Positions 19,409 to 29,083 of a stretch of DNA of 64,000 nucleotides are shown here, one piece after another; the first letter of the stretch is position 1; the number at the start of each line of letters is the position of its first letter. The translations under genes and the position numbers were made by a program. The notes beneath the pieces were generated by a model that ran no database searches, was not told the origin of the DNA, and was given only the letters and a program-made list of their open reading frames with translations. The stretch is from Anaerolineales bacterium UBA2181. GTDB lineage: Bacteria > Chloroflexota > Anaerolineae > Promineifilales > UBA4811. The DNA is taken from NCBI GenBank assembly GCA_002328075.1, contig DCVT01000022.1:77622-141621 (forward strand), given 5' to 3'.

Positions 19409-19912
19409 AATCAAAGAGTCGGTGAAAGGCGGCAGCAGTCTCTGAGCCTGTAAGGGGCTTGGCCCTTCTCCGGGCAAACGACAACTCCTGTCAGGTTCTG
19501 ATGTGAGGGCGATTCCCAACAACTCGTTGCCACGTGGACGTGAGCCGGAGGTTGCGGTTATCTGCCCGGCATGAGGCGGGCCAACAACTGGTTGGGTGTA
19601 TTTGCGGGTCTCGGGTCGGCGCTCCGATAGGTGGCCGGAGGATGCCGCCAGAGTCGGCAGCCCTTAGCTGAACAAAACAAAGATGCTGATCGTCGAGGCG
19701 CCCGGCGCCCATCTGGTGCACACCTGGAGCACCTAGAATCAATTGAATTCGATGCCCGAGAATGGCGGTGTGTTGGCGGACCTTCTCTACAACGAATACG
19801 CTTCGTCTCGGACGGAGGCCAAAGAGCCCATCACTGACATCGGTTTCCGCCCCGATTTGATGGGTGACCTCTACACGGGTTGAGTTTCGGAATTCGCTGA
19901 CGAGTCTCTATT

Positions 19913-20335
19913 GTGATTCAGGTTACGCCAGCCATACAGATCGCACCAAGCGAGATACAGCTTGTGTTTGTGCGCGCGTCCGGCCCCGGCGGCCAAAACG
20001 TCAACAAGGTTGCATCGGCGGTACAACTTTATTATGATGTGCGCGGCTCACCGCTGGAGCCGGACGTCAAGCAACGTCTACTCCGGTTGGCCGGCCGGCG
20101 GGTCACAGAGGAGGGCGTGCTTATCATCGAAGCCAAGCGATACCGAAACCAGGAGCGGAACCGCGAGGATGCCGTCCAAAGGCTGGTCCGGTTGATCCGA
20201 AAAGCTCTGGAGCAACCCCCGGCCCGCCGCGCCACCCGTCCGAGTCGGGCGGCCAAGGCCGTCCGGGTTGACCAAAAGACCCACCGTGGCAGGCTCAAAC
20301 GCGCTCGCCGGCGCGTTCCAGATGACCGGTATTGA
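19913..20335 (+). CDS. arfB: Alternative ribosome-rescue peptidyl-tRNA hydrolase ArfB
   Basis: ASGPGGQNVNKV (GGQ motif), R.QERNR.DA, basic C-terminal tail. Confidence 0.93.
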   Translation: MIQVTPAIQIAPSEIQLVFVRASGPGGQNVNKVASAVQLYYDVRGSPLEPDVKQRLLRLAGRRVTEEGVLIIEAKRYRNQERNREDAVQRLVRLIRKALEQPPARRATRPSRAAKAVRVDQKTHRGRLKRARRRVPDDRY

Positions 20336-20476
20336 CTCTATTGGTGCGGGGCCTGGCCGGGACGACGTGGCGTCGCTGAGCCAACAAGGCGCCGACCGGA
20401 AACCTGCTGACCGGCACAGCCGGGCAAGTTGACCTTCATTGCTGGGGTTCAGGTTGTTTGCCGGGGGACCTATAGC

Positions 20477-20531
20477 TTGACACTCTGGCAAACGATGCTA
20501 TCATATAGACGTATTGATAGATGTCTATGTG
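20477..20531 (+). promoter_or_regulatory. arsR promoter with overlapping ArsR-type operator
   Basis: TTGACA (20477)-16 bp-TATCAT (20499); imperfect inverted repeat CATATAGAC-N12-GTCTATGTG at 20502-20531. Confidence 0.75.
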
Positions 20532-20545
20532 TGGATCAATAACTG

Positions 20546-20830
20546 GTGCAATCTGATCTCTGTGTCAAGTTCTGTCGGGCGCTGGCCGACGAAACACGCC
20601 AGAAAATACTGGTGATGCTTCTGGACCGGGAGATGTCCGTCAACCAGATCGTGCAAGTCTTTGAGGTATCACAACCCACTATCTCGCATCACCTGAGCGT
20701 CCTGCGCCAGTTTGGTTTGCTGGCCGGCCGCAAGGAAGGAAAGCAGGTCTATTACCGGACCAATCGGGACATGGTGGCGGAATGCTGCGGCCGGCTGACG
20801 GTCAAACTGGATGCCCAGGAAGAACTATGA
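20546..20830 (+). CDS. arsR: ArsR/SmtB family repressor
   Basis: ALADETR, SQPTISHHLSVLR and RKEGKQVYY motifs; C-terminal CC; sits upstream of arsM. Confidence 0.9.
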   Translation: MQSDLCVKFCRALADETRQKILVMLLDREMSVNQIVQVFEVSQPTISHHLSVLRQFGLLAGRKEGKQVYYRTNRDMVAECCGRLTVKLDAQEEL

Positions 20831-20990
20831 TTCGACAATGGCATTATCGGCTATACGGGATGGTGCCAGGAGAACCGGTGATGCTGGGCGGCCCCACTAG
20901 CTGTCAGCAGGGGTCGTGTGCAGCCGCCATTCGGCTCGCCGTTTTCAGAACGGCATCTCTCGAGTAGGTTTTTGAGTTGAGGAATCTGAA

Positions 20991-21920
20991 ATGGGCACGT
21001 CAGTGACAGATGAACAGATCAAACAGGAAGTACGAAAAAGGTATGGGCAATGGGCCGGGCGATTCGGCGAACCCATGGCGCAGCCCGCGAACACGGCGTA
21101 TGCAGCGCAGCAGGGCACGATCATCCCGCTGGCGGACTCTGTGCCGTCGAACGCCTGCTGTGCCCCCGGCGACCGGCCCGTCGGAGAGGGATGCTGCTCG
21201 GGCGAGTCAGGACAAGGCAGGATCGCTGACCTGCTCTATTCGTCACACGAGTTGGCGGTGCTGCCCGAGAGCGTGACCGGCGCCGCGGCCGGGTGTGGCA
21301 ACCCAACCGCGATTGCGGAACTACGGCCGGGCGAGACTGTGTTGGATCTCGGGTCTGGCGGTGGGATCGACTGTTTCCTGGCTGCCCGGCAAGTGGGCCC
21401 GCACGGACAGGTCATCGGGTTGGACATGACCCCGGAGATGGTCAAGCTGGCTCGCCGCAACGCCAAGAAACTGGCGTTGTCCAACGTCGATTTTCGTTGG
21501 GGCGAGATCGAAGAGATTCCGCTGCCCGACGACTCGGTGGACGTGGTCATCTCCAACTGTGTCATCAACCTCTCTCCGGACAAGGATGCTGTCTTTGCGG
21601 AGACCTATCGCGTCCTGCGGCCGGGAGGCCGGCTGGCGGTTTCCGATATGGTCCTGGAGGGTGATTTGCCACCGACGATCCGCGCCCGGATGGACTCCTG
21701 GGCGGCTTGCATATCGGGAGCCCTGGAGAAGCAGACCTACCTGGACAAGATACGCGAGGCCGGGTTTGCGGATATCGAGGTAGCATCGGTGGACTATGTG
21801 CCGCTGTGTGTCCCAGATTGGGAGTCGGGCACCGACAAAACATCAGATTCCGGGATCGACCAGCGGTCGCTGGCCCGTATGGTTGCCAGCATCAAGGTCA
21901 AGGCACGAAAACCGGCTTAG
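20991..21920 (+). CDS. arsM: Arsenite S-adenosylmethionine methyltransferase
   Basis: GCGNP, VLDLGSGGGIDCF, ISNCVINLSPDK and WAACISGAL motifs; N-terminal CC pairs. Confidence 0.92.
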   Translation: MGTSVTDEQIKQEVRKRYGQWAGRFGEPMAQPANTAYAAQQGTIIPLADSVPSNACCAPGDRPVGEGCCSGESGQGRIADLLYSSHELAVLPESVTGAAAGCGNPTAIAELRPGETVLDLGSGGGIDCFLAARQVGPHGQVIGLDMTPEMVKLARRNAKKLALSNVDFRWGEIEEIPLPDDSVDVVISNCVINLSPDKDAVFAETYRVLRPGGRLAVSDMVLEGDLPPTIRARMDSWAACISGALEKQTYLDKIREAGFADIEVASVDYVPLCVPDWESGTDKTSDSGIDQRSLARMVASIKVKARKPA

Positions 21921-22070
21921 CCGGATGCTGTGGGTTGCCGGGCAGTCTGTTTTCGCGGTGCTATGGCCGGCGAGTCGGGTCCTGTTGGTGCACGGACGCG
22001 ACAGGGCACGTCGACGTGTAGTTGCTCGCCCTGCCTGATAGGCAGTATCGACTTGGTGGGAGGAGGAACC

Positions 22071-22997
22071 ATGCAACGGCCACAGCCGCATCCACATCTG
22101 CATATTGCACCCGCCGATTGGTGGACCAGCTTTCTGGTGATGGTTCGGTCCGCTGAGGAGCAGCAGAGGGCGCGGGTGCTCATCGAGAGCCTTCGCACCT
22201 TTGGCGGCCCGTTGAGCGGTTGCCCGGTCTGGGTCTTGGTGCCGGACACAGCCGACGTGCTCCCCACATTACAGGATTTGGGAGAGGTGATTCTGTTCCC
22301 ATTCGAAGTGGCGGCCAACTTGCAGGCGACGTATTTCTCGGCCAAGGTGAGCGCCTGTGCGGTCGCCGAATCCGAGGCGCCCCGCGGGGTGCGATCACTG
22401 GTTTGGCTTGACCCATGTACGCTCATCCTCCAGCCGCCTTACCAGCTTGACCTAACGGGTGCCGTGGCCGCGTTCCGGCCGGTCCATATCCGAAACGTCG
22501 GTTCGTTGGCCAGCGAACCGCTAGACCCGTATTGGACGGGAATTTACCGCGCAGTGGGCCTGGAGGCGGTGCGGCAGGAGGTGGAATCATTCGTGGACGG
22601 TCAGCGGTTGCGGCCGTACTATAACACGCATGTCTTTGCCTGGGATCCGTCGAGCGGGTTGGCAACCCGGTGGCTGGATTCCTTCAGAGCCCTGGCGACT
22701 GATCGCAGCTTTCGCGATGGGCCCTGCCAAGATGAGTTGCATCATATCTTTCTGCACCAGGCGGTGCTAAGCGCGCTGGTGACCCGGCATCTGGCTCCAG
22801 AACAGGTTCGGCTCCTGCCGCCGGATTACAACTACCCGCTGCACCTGCACCAGCGGGTGCCGCCGGAACGCCGGACTCTATCTCTTGGTCGTCTTGTGAC
22901 CCCGGTTTACGAGGAGCATTTCCCCTCGCCGGATACGCTGGGAGACATCCAGATAGAGGAGCCGCTCAGCGCCTGGTTGGCGTCCCGGCACAGCTGA
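22071..22997 (+). CDS. Hypothetical protein, possible GT-A (GT8-like) fold
   Basis: Strong RBS AGGAGG. LIESLR.FGG, K...LVWLD, YN, HQA.L and YNYP resemble GT8-like motifs. Confidence 0.6.
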   Translation: MQRPQPHPHLHIAPADWWTSFLVMVRSAEEQQRARVLIESLRTFGGPLSGCPVWVLVPDTADVLPTLQDLGEVILFPFEVAANLQATYFSAKVSACAVAESEAPRGVRSLVWLDPCTLILQPPYQLDLTGAVAAFRPVHIRNVGSLASEPLDPYWTGIYRAVGLEAVRQEVESFVDGQRLRPYYNTHVFAWDPSSGLATRWLDSFRALATDRSFRDGPCQDELHHIFLHQAVLSALVTRHLAPEQVRLLPPDYNYPLHLHQRVPPERRTLSLGRLVTPVYEEHFPSPDTLGDIQIEEPLSAWLASRHS

Positions 22998-23241
22998 CAC
23001 GACGCAACGCCGAATCAGATCGGCGCTCTCCCCTGGCAGGGCGATTTCCGGCGGGGTGGTGGATCACCTATTGGCGGAAGCGACCCGGTGATAAGGACCA
23101 GCCAATACGAGCGCGTCCCGCCCGAGGTGCCCGTTGCCTGCGTCTGGCTCCTGGAGTATACTCCAAGCAGGCTCGCGGTCCAGCGCGATACGGACCCAGC
23201 AGCGGGGAACCGGACGCTACCGCGGGCAGGAGGAAGGCACT

Positions 23242-24687
23242 GTGCGACATTGGTTGGGCGAATTTCTGTGGTTTGTATGGCTGCTGCTGGCCATCACGGG
23301 CTGTGGGACCGGCGATCGACTTGAGCGAGCGCTGAACGAAGGTCAGGCAGCTCTGGAACAGGGCGACCCGGCGGCCGCGGTTGCAGCCTTGGATCGGGCG
23401 ATCGAGATCGATCCCCGGTCCCTGGAGGCGTATGTCAACCGGTGCGCTGCTGAACTCGGCCTGCAACAGTATGAGTTGGCGCTGGCGGACTGCAGCCAGG
23501 CACTGGCCCTTGACCCCACCAGTGCGCTGGCGCTGCGCCAACGGTGTGCGGCCCAGTTGGGTCTGGACGATCTGGCGGCCGCGGTGACCGATTGCACTGC
23601 CAACATTCAGCTCGACGCTGAGGATGGGTCGGCGCACGCGTACCGGTGCGAGGCTTACCTGAAGCAGGGCCAAGACGAGTTGGCCATTGCTGACTGCAGC
23701 CGGGCAATCCGGCTTGACCCTGATCTGGAGCGGGCCTATTACTTCCGTGCAAGCATTCACTTTTTCCGGCGCAACCTGGATCAGGCGCTGGCGGACTATG
23801 ATCAGGCCATTGCCCTCGACCCCGACGGAGCAACCTATAACAACCGGGGACTGGTCTTATTGAGTCTGGGGCATCTGGAAGAGGCTTTGGCCGATTTCAG
23901 CCGGACAGTGGAGCTGAGCCCGGGTATGGCAACCGCGCACTATAATCGGGGACTGGCTTTGGCAGCCCTCGGCCGGGTGCCAGAGGCCGTAGCCGCGTAC
24001 GGCAAGGCTTTGGAGCTTGACTCCTCGCTGTCCATGGCCTACTATGACCGTGGCATCGCGCACGAAAAGCTGGGTGACTTTGACAGCGCCCTGGAGGATT
24101 ACGGCCATGCAATCGAACTGGATCCAAACCTGGGAGCCGCCTATAACAATCGCGGCGCTCTGTATGCTGCCGAAGGTCAGGTGCAACAGGCAATGGCGGA
24201 TCTGAGCGAGGCCATCCGTCTGGACCCAAGCATGGCTACAGCGTGGGCTAACCGCGGGGCGCTCTACCGGGCAGCAGGAATGGTCGAGCGCGCGGTCGTT
24301 GACCTCGACCGGGCAATAGAGTTGAACCCTGGGCTGGCCCGTGCCTACAGCGACCGCGGCTTTGCATTGGATGAGCTGGGCCGGTATGACGAGGCGCTGT
24401 TGGATTATGGTGTTGCGCTGAGTCTCGACCCTTTGCTGGTGGTGGCCTACAACAACCGGGCGGTCACCCATCTCAAGCTGAACCAGCCGGCCGAGGCTCT
24501 GGCGGACCTGAACCGTGGGATTGAATTGTCGCCCACCAACGCTAACCTGTACCTCCTGCGCGGCCTGGCATACGAGCAATCGGGTAACGCCGCCGACGCC
24601 ATCAGTGACCTGGAACGGGTGTTGGAGCTGACCCAGAACGCGTTGCTGGTAGAGATGGCTCAAGCTGAGCTGGAGAAGCTCAGGTGA
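23242..24687 (+). CDS. TPR-repeat lipoprotein (about 13 repeats)
   Basis: Lipobox LLAITGC and repeated AYxNRG...A..D...AI.LDP units; RBS GGAGG. Confidence 0.9.
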   Translation: MRHWLGEFLWFVWLLLAITGCGTGDRLERALNEGQAALEQGDPAAAVAALDRAIEIDPRSLEAYVNRCAAELGLQQYELALADCSQALALDPTSALALRQRCAAQLGLDDLAAAVTDCTANIQLDAEDGSAHAYRCEAYLKQGQDELAIADCSRAIRLDPDLERAYYFRASIHFFRRNLDQALADYDQAIALDPDGATYNNRGLVLLSLGHLEEALADFSRTVELSPGMATAHYNRGLALAALGRVPEAVAAYGKALELDSSLSMAYYDRGIAHEKLGDFDSALEDYGHAIELDPNLGAAYNNRGALYAAEGQVQQAMADLSEAIRLDPSMATAWANRGALYRAAGMVERAVVDLDRAIELNPGLARAYSDRGFALDELGRYDEALLDYGVALSLDPLLVVAYNNRAVTHLKLNQPAEALADLNRGIELSPTNANLYLLRGLAYEQSGNAADAISDLERVLELTQNALLVEMAQAELEKLR

Positions 24688-24832
24688 GGGTAGCTAGGTG
24701 CTCCAAATCCCGCCTATCTCGTTTTTTGCGGCCCGGCCGGTCAACCGGTGGTAACGTCGTTGTCGCCCGTCAGGATGGGCGTCAACAGCCGGGTTGACCC
24801 GCCATCCGGCTGGCCGATTCGAAAGCACTTGT

Positions 24833-25735
24833 TCAGCCGTCCAGCCTCAGGACTTCCGGCCGGAGGTCCAATTCCTCCACCGCCCTCTCGAGCTCGCTCG
24901 GGGTCAGCGGCCGACCGAGGCCGGCGTAGGCGGTGAGCACAGCCTCCATGGCGTTTACCCCGAATGATCGCCCTTCATAGCGCGGGGTAGTGGTGATCAC
25001 CGTGCGCACGCCGCGGGCCCGCAACATCTCCAGGTTCTCCTGGGTGGTGGTGTTGGTCACCACAACCCGGCCCGGCAGGTCGGGCGGTGCGTACTTGAGG
25101 ATATAATGCATGTCACCGGCGATGAGGTCGGCCGCTAACCAGTGACGCGCGTGCTTTGGATGAGTTGCTTCATCCCGGCTGCCGGGCGGGTATAGCACAG
25201 TCATTGGCAGGTAGCCCATCAAGGGCATCAGCAGGCGAACCAGTCGGCGGAATCGGTCCAATCCCACAATGGGGATGGGTACGCCCAACATGAACATCAA
25301 GTCGCCCATGACCACCCGGCCGGAGACGGAAGAGACGGCTTCAATCAGGCCCATTCGGTCCACTCCCAAGGGGATAAACCCGTTTTCAAAACGCGGCAAT
25401 CCGCCCAGGGCAGGCGCTGCTCGCCGGAAAACCTGTCGTTCCAGCACATACTTGAGCAGGCGGCCGTCCACCACCGGCGTCCGGTATACATCCTGGACCA
25501 GTCGTAGAGCAGACCGCACCGGATAATCCCGCTGGTCCAGGCGAACATAGAGGTCAATGCCTCCGACGCTCAAGGCGTCCACTTGTCCGTCCAGTTGGGC
25601 AAACAGACGGCGTGCCTGTTCGGCATCGCCCCCGGTGCCGATCCGTTCGAGGCGAATTTGCTGCCCGTCGAAATCCACCACCACGGACTTGTCGCGGTCC
25701 GGGCTGCCCAAGCTGACGCTCACCGCTCGTTTCAA
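24833..25735 (-). CDS. Conserved hypothetical protein (family I recall being annotated 'quinate 5-dehydrogenase'; function unverified)
   Basis: KRAVSVSLGS, ERIGT.GD, PVVDG..LK, GDLMF.LG and GRSFG.N.MEA motifs; TTG start follows AGGAG. Confidence 0.75.
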   Translation of the reverse strand: MKRAVSVSLGSPDRDKSVVVDFDGQQIRLERIGTGGDAEQARRLFAQLDGQVDALSVGGIDLYVRLDQRDYPVRSALRLVQDVYRTPVVDGRLLKYVLERQVFRRAAPALGGLPRFENGFIPLGVDRMGLIEAVSSVSGRVVMGDLMFMLGVPIPIVGLDRFRRLVRLLMPLMGYLPMTVLYPPGSRDEATHPKHARHWLAADLIAGDMHYILKYAPPDLPGRVVVTNTTTQENLEMLRARGVRTVITTTPRYEGRSFGVNAMEAVLTAYAGLGRPLTPSELERAVEELDLRPEVLRLDG

Positions 25736-25904
25736 CTCTGCGCTCCTGCGGCCGTACGCGCCGCTCATTAGGTGTGGTCGAGTCGATCCCTCATATCAGG
25801 CGTCCGGCTGCGGGCGCCCTGGCTTTGTGGACTCGCTCGGTATCTTCCGCTCAAGCTGATAGGTGCGCCGTTACCAAGCAGACTGCAGCGCGCCTGGACG
25901 TGAT

Positions 25905-26744
25905 TCATTCAACGATTGCCGTTTGGCAACCCTCTGGCATTGTGATCTGGATCGGTTGGTTGATGCTGCTCAACTCAATTGACACCTGCAGACCCCCAAA
26001 ATCACCGTCGGCCTCCATCCGTTGCTCGATTGCCAGGTAGTACTTGACCAGATACTGACCATCCACAGCGACCCAATATTCGCCCTCGTTCTTGGTCACG
26101 TTGGCGCCGGATTCGACGCCCAGCCCGTCGAGCAAGAAGGTGTAGTGATTAGTCTCGACTCCGTTCACCGTCTCCTGGCCGACCAAGACCGGATTGGCGA
26201 TGATCGGCGTAAAGTCGATCATGTCCAGCAGAACCCCCTGCAACTCGTTTGCCATTGGGTCCGCCTCCTCCACCCTGTACTCGCCGTCAGACTCGGTGCA
26301 GGTCTTGAGCCCGACGGTGTACTGGAGCGATTCGCTGGTGCTGGGCTCCGGGTAGTCGGCGGTGGTCTCCCAGTTGGAGGTCCGAACCATATACGCATCA
26401 TCGGCCGAGGAATAGTTTACCTCATAGATCATCTCGCTCCGGTCCTGGGTCGTCGGTCCATTGCTGACCATGCTGACAACCAGTACAAAGCTGTCCAAGC
26501 TGGCTAATCCCTGCCGCAGGGGGACCGGCTGCGATAGGTCCGGCGCTGGTTCTGGGCTCGGGCTTGCCGCGGGTTTGGCCGCGCTGCTTGCCGGCGATGG
26601 CGTGGCGGTTGGGCTGGATGCGCCCGGGGCCGAAGGTTGAGCGGGTGCAGGCGTGCCAGACGTCAACCCACCCAGGTTGCACGCGAGCGACGTACAGACT
26701 AGCGCCACAATCGACAAGACAATCCACCTCTTCATGCTCTTCAT
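25905..26744 (-). CDS. LppX/LprAFG (LolA-like fold) lipoprotein
   Basis: Lipobox TSLAC, Pro/Ser linker, GQETVNGVETNHY, WVA.DG and C-terminal INQPIQI.MP motifs. Confidence 0.65.
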   Translation of the reverse strand: MKSMKRWIVLSIVALVCTSLACNLGGLTSGTPAPAQPSAPGASSPTATPSPASSAAKPAASPSPEPAPDLSQPVPLRQGLASLDSFVLVVSMVSNGPTTQDRSEMIYEVNYSSADDAYMVRTSNWETTADYPEPSTSESLQYTVGLKTCTESDGEYRVEEADPMANELQGVLLDMIDFTPIIANPVLVGQETVNGVETNHYTFLLDGLGVESGANVTKNEGEYWVAVDGQYLVKYYLAIEQRMEADGDFGGLQVSIELSSINQPIQITMPEGCQTAIVE

Positions 26745-26870
26745 ACTGACCTCCCTGTTAACCTTGGGTGGCTAGCCCCGACTTCACTGCCCCAACACCT
26801 GCTGGCCGTAAGCCACCCGGCTCCAGGTGCCATGTCAGGGGAAAAACAGAGTTCTCCCGACACGAATACG

Positions 26871-27965
26871 TCAATCCGCCCGCAAAAGGCCATCCAGTTC
26901 CGTTCCTCCCAGCCAGACGACCGGAAGTGAAGCGCCGGTCAGTGCTATGGCGGCAAGCCAGCCGGTGCCGGCCAGGGCCGTTGCTAGGTCAATCCTGAGC
27001 GGAATGGCCAACCCGCCTACATCCAGCGAGGCGATCGTTGCTAGAGTGGCGACTGCTGCGCCACCGGCGAGGCTGCCGGCGGTGGCGAGCGCGGCCGACT
27101 GCACTCCCAGATACACGGCGAGCCATGGCCGCGAATATCCCAAACACTGCAGGGTTGCCAACACCCGCCGCCGAACCCACGCCAGCCGGAGAAGTACCAC
27201 CGCCAGCGTCAGGCCACAGATGAGCGAGACCAATCCCATGATGGAGTTAAAGAAGCTGATGATCGGAGCAAACTCCGCGACGGTCAGCCGGAGAGCCTCT
27301 CCACGCCGGATTACCTCAGCATTTCCCGGCAATAGCTCGCCAACCTGCAGGACGCCGTTGTCGGGGACCAGGTAGATGGAGACGTCCTGCCCATAGCCGA
27401 CCAGTGCCTGTGCATCTGTCAGCGATATCCACGCCTGGTTGTCCGTATAGGTGCCGGTTCGGAATATGCCGATCACGGTAAAGTCCCGGCCGCGGAGGCG
27501 GACGAGACCGCCCAACTTAAGGTTCAACCTCTCGGCCAAGCGCCAACCGACCAATGCTTGGCGGGTTGCCGAGTCCGGGGTAAGCGCCTGGCCCTCCAGG
27601 AGGTCGAACGGAGTGACCTGAGCATAGTCGCTCAGGCTGACACCGCGAATTTGGACCACGTCTTCCACGGAGGTACCAACACCCCGGTTGATCTGAGGGA
27701 TGGGCCGGCCGGCGCCGCGCAGCTCCAACTCTTGCGTCACCGTCGGGCCAAGACGACTGTTTCCCAGCTCGCCAAAGGTACCCACTTCCTGGACCACGAG
27801 ATAGGCCGGCCCAACCTCATTGTACTCCTGGACTAGTCCACGGCGATAACCGATCACCGACAGGGTCATAGTGATGGTCAGAGCAACGAATACGATCGTT
27901 GCGGCTGACTGCTTCCACGTGCAGCGAAGCTCGGATATTCCGAGCCAAAACATGGCGCGGATCAT
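26871..27965 (-). CDS. FtsX/MacB/LolC-like ABC permease
   Basis: TM helix, large extracytoplasmic domain, then 3 TM helices; RRRVLATLQCLGYS. Start overlaps the upstream stop (ATGA). Confidence 0.85.
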   Translation of the reverse strand: MIRAMFWLGISELRCTWKQSAATIVFVALTITMTLSVIGYRRGLVQEYNEVGPAYLVVQEVGTFGELGNSRLGPTVTQELELRGAGRPIPQINRGVGTSVEDVVQIRGVSLSDYAQVTPFDLLEGQALTPDSATRQALVGWRLAERLNLKLGGLVRLRGRDFTVIGIFRTGTYTDNQAWISLTDAQALVGYGQDVSIYLVPDNGVLQVGELLPGNAEVIRRGEALRLTVAEFAPIISFFNSIMGLVSLICGLTLAVVLLRLAWVRRRVLATLQCLGYSRPWLAVYLGVQSAALATAGSLAGGAAVATLATIASLDVGGLAIPLRIDLATALAGTGWLAAIALTGASLPVVWLGGTELDGLLRAD

Positions 27966-29083
27966 GAAGGTGCCTGCGGTTGCCGGCCGGCGAACCAGGC
28001 GCCCGCTCCGGCCGCCATCACGACCAAAGCGGCTGCGCTGGCGGTGGTGGCGCCCGACACCACCGGCACGATGGCGGAGCTGAAAACCACCGCGCCGCCC
28101 TGGTGAGGAGCCAGCAACAGGCTGGCTACCGCCCACCCCGGCAGAAACGCCGCCAGACTCAGGATGCAAGTGCGAATCAACAACACGGTTTGAACGGTGC
28201 TGGTGCTGTACCCGATAGCGTACAGCGTGTTGATATCCCGCTGGCGTTCCAGAACAAACAGGCTGGCAGCGTTCAGGCTCCCGAACGTGACAACGAGCAG
28301 CGCCAACATCTGAAAAACCCGACCCAACACCGCGGTGGCCTCTAGTATGCGGGTGAGGTTCCTGGTAACCTGTCGGGCCTGATATACGGAATATCTGCCG
28401 GCCAGGTTCGGGGTCTGCTCAAGCCAGGATTGCACGGCTGGCACGTCGGACTGCGGACTGAGCTGAAGGACTCCGATTTGAAAACCGTGCCCAGTGCCCA
28501 AAAGGTTCTGGCCGGCAGCGTAGGTCATGCCGATAGACACCGCTTGCGCGCTGGGAGGCTCAAAAAGGGCCACGATGGAAAAGGGCCGGCCATAGACCTC
28601 CACCTGCTCGCCGATGGATGCGTCGAGGAGGCTCATGGCGCTGCGGCTGACCGCCGCCTGGCTGGTGGTCCGGGGCCAATGGCCGTCCAGGAGCTCCAGG
28701 TGGTGGACCGATTCCGCGTCAGCCGGTGGCACCGCCAATATCTGCATCAGGCGGTCTGCCACACGCAGGTACCGAAATATGACTGGGGATGCGGCGGTGA
28801 CGCTGTCCGGGCCGTAGTTGGCCCGCACGTCCGCTGCAGCCTGATCCAGCGTCTCTTGGTACAGCGAGCTGTGGCCTGGATCGATGACGTTGGCGCTGAT
28901 GATCCACAGGTTGTTGGCCGGTGTGCCTTCATCGCTGCCAAAGGTTTGCAGCGCCCTGGCCAGGGCGGTCACCAGCAGGAACAGCGTGACCAGCACCGAT
29001 AGGAGAGCTAGACTTAACACGCTGCGCAGGCGGTCGTGAACCAGGTCCTTCCACACCAGCCTGAACAGCACGATAGCTCTCAT
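27962..29083 (-). CDS. FtsX/MacB/LolE-like ABC permease
   Basis: Same topology; ERQRDINTLYAIGYS motif. Confidence 0.85.
   Translation of the reverse strand: MRAIVLFRLVWKDLVHDRLRSVLSLALLSVLVTLFLLVTALARALQTFGSDEGTPANNLWIISANVIDPGHSSLYQETLDQAAADVRANYGPDSVTAASPVIFRYLRVADRLMQILAVPPADAESVHHLELLDGHWPRTTSQAAVSRSAMSLLDASIGEQVEVYGRPFSIVALFEPPSAQAVSIGMTYAAGQNLLGTGHGFQIGVLQLSPQSDVPAVQSWLEQTPNLAGRYSVYQARQVTRNLTRILEATAVLGRVFQMLALLVVTFGSLNAASLFVLERQRDINTLYAIGYSTSTVQTVLLIRTCILSLAAFLPGWAVASLLLAPHQGGAVVFSSAIVPVVSGATTASAAALVVMAAGAGAWFAGRQPQAPS

Noticed and set aside
19410-19505. SAM-I or cobalamin riboswitch call
   Set aside because: Only scattered matches. It lacks the SAM-I GCAACC/GGTGC pairing and the cobalamin GGGAA and full B12 box, so it is kept only as an unknown structured candidate.
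19474-19506. GCAAACGACAAC (ANDN...) resembling a tmRNA tag start, near arfB
   Set aside because: The peptide ends SCQVLM rather than AA, and there are no tRNA-like ends.
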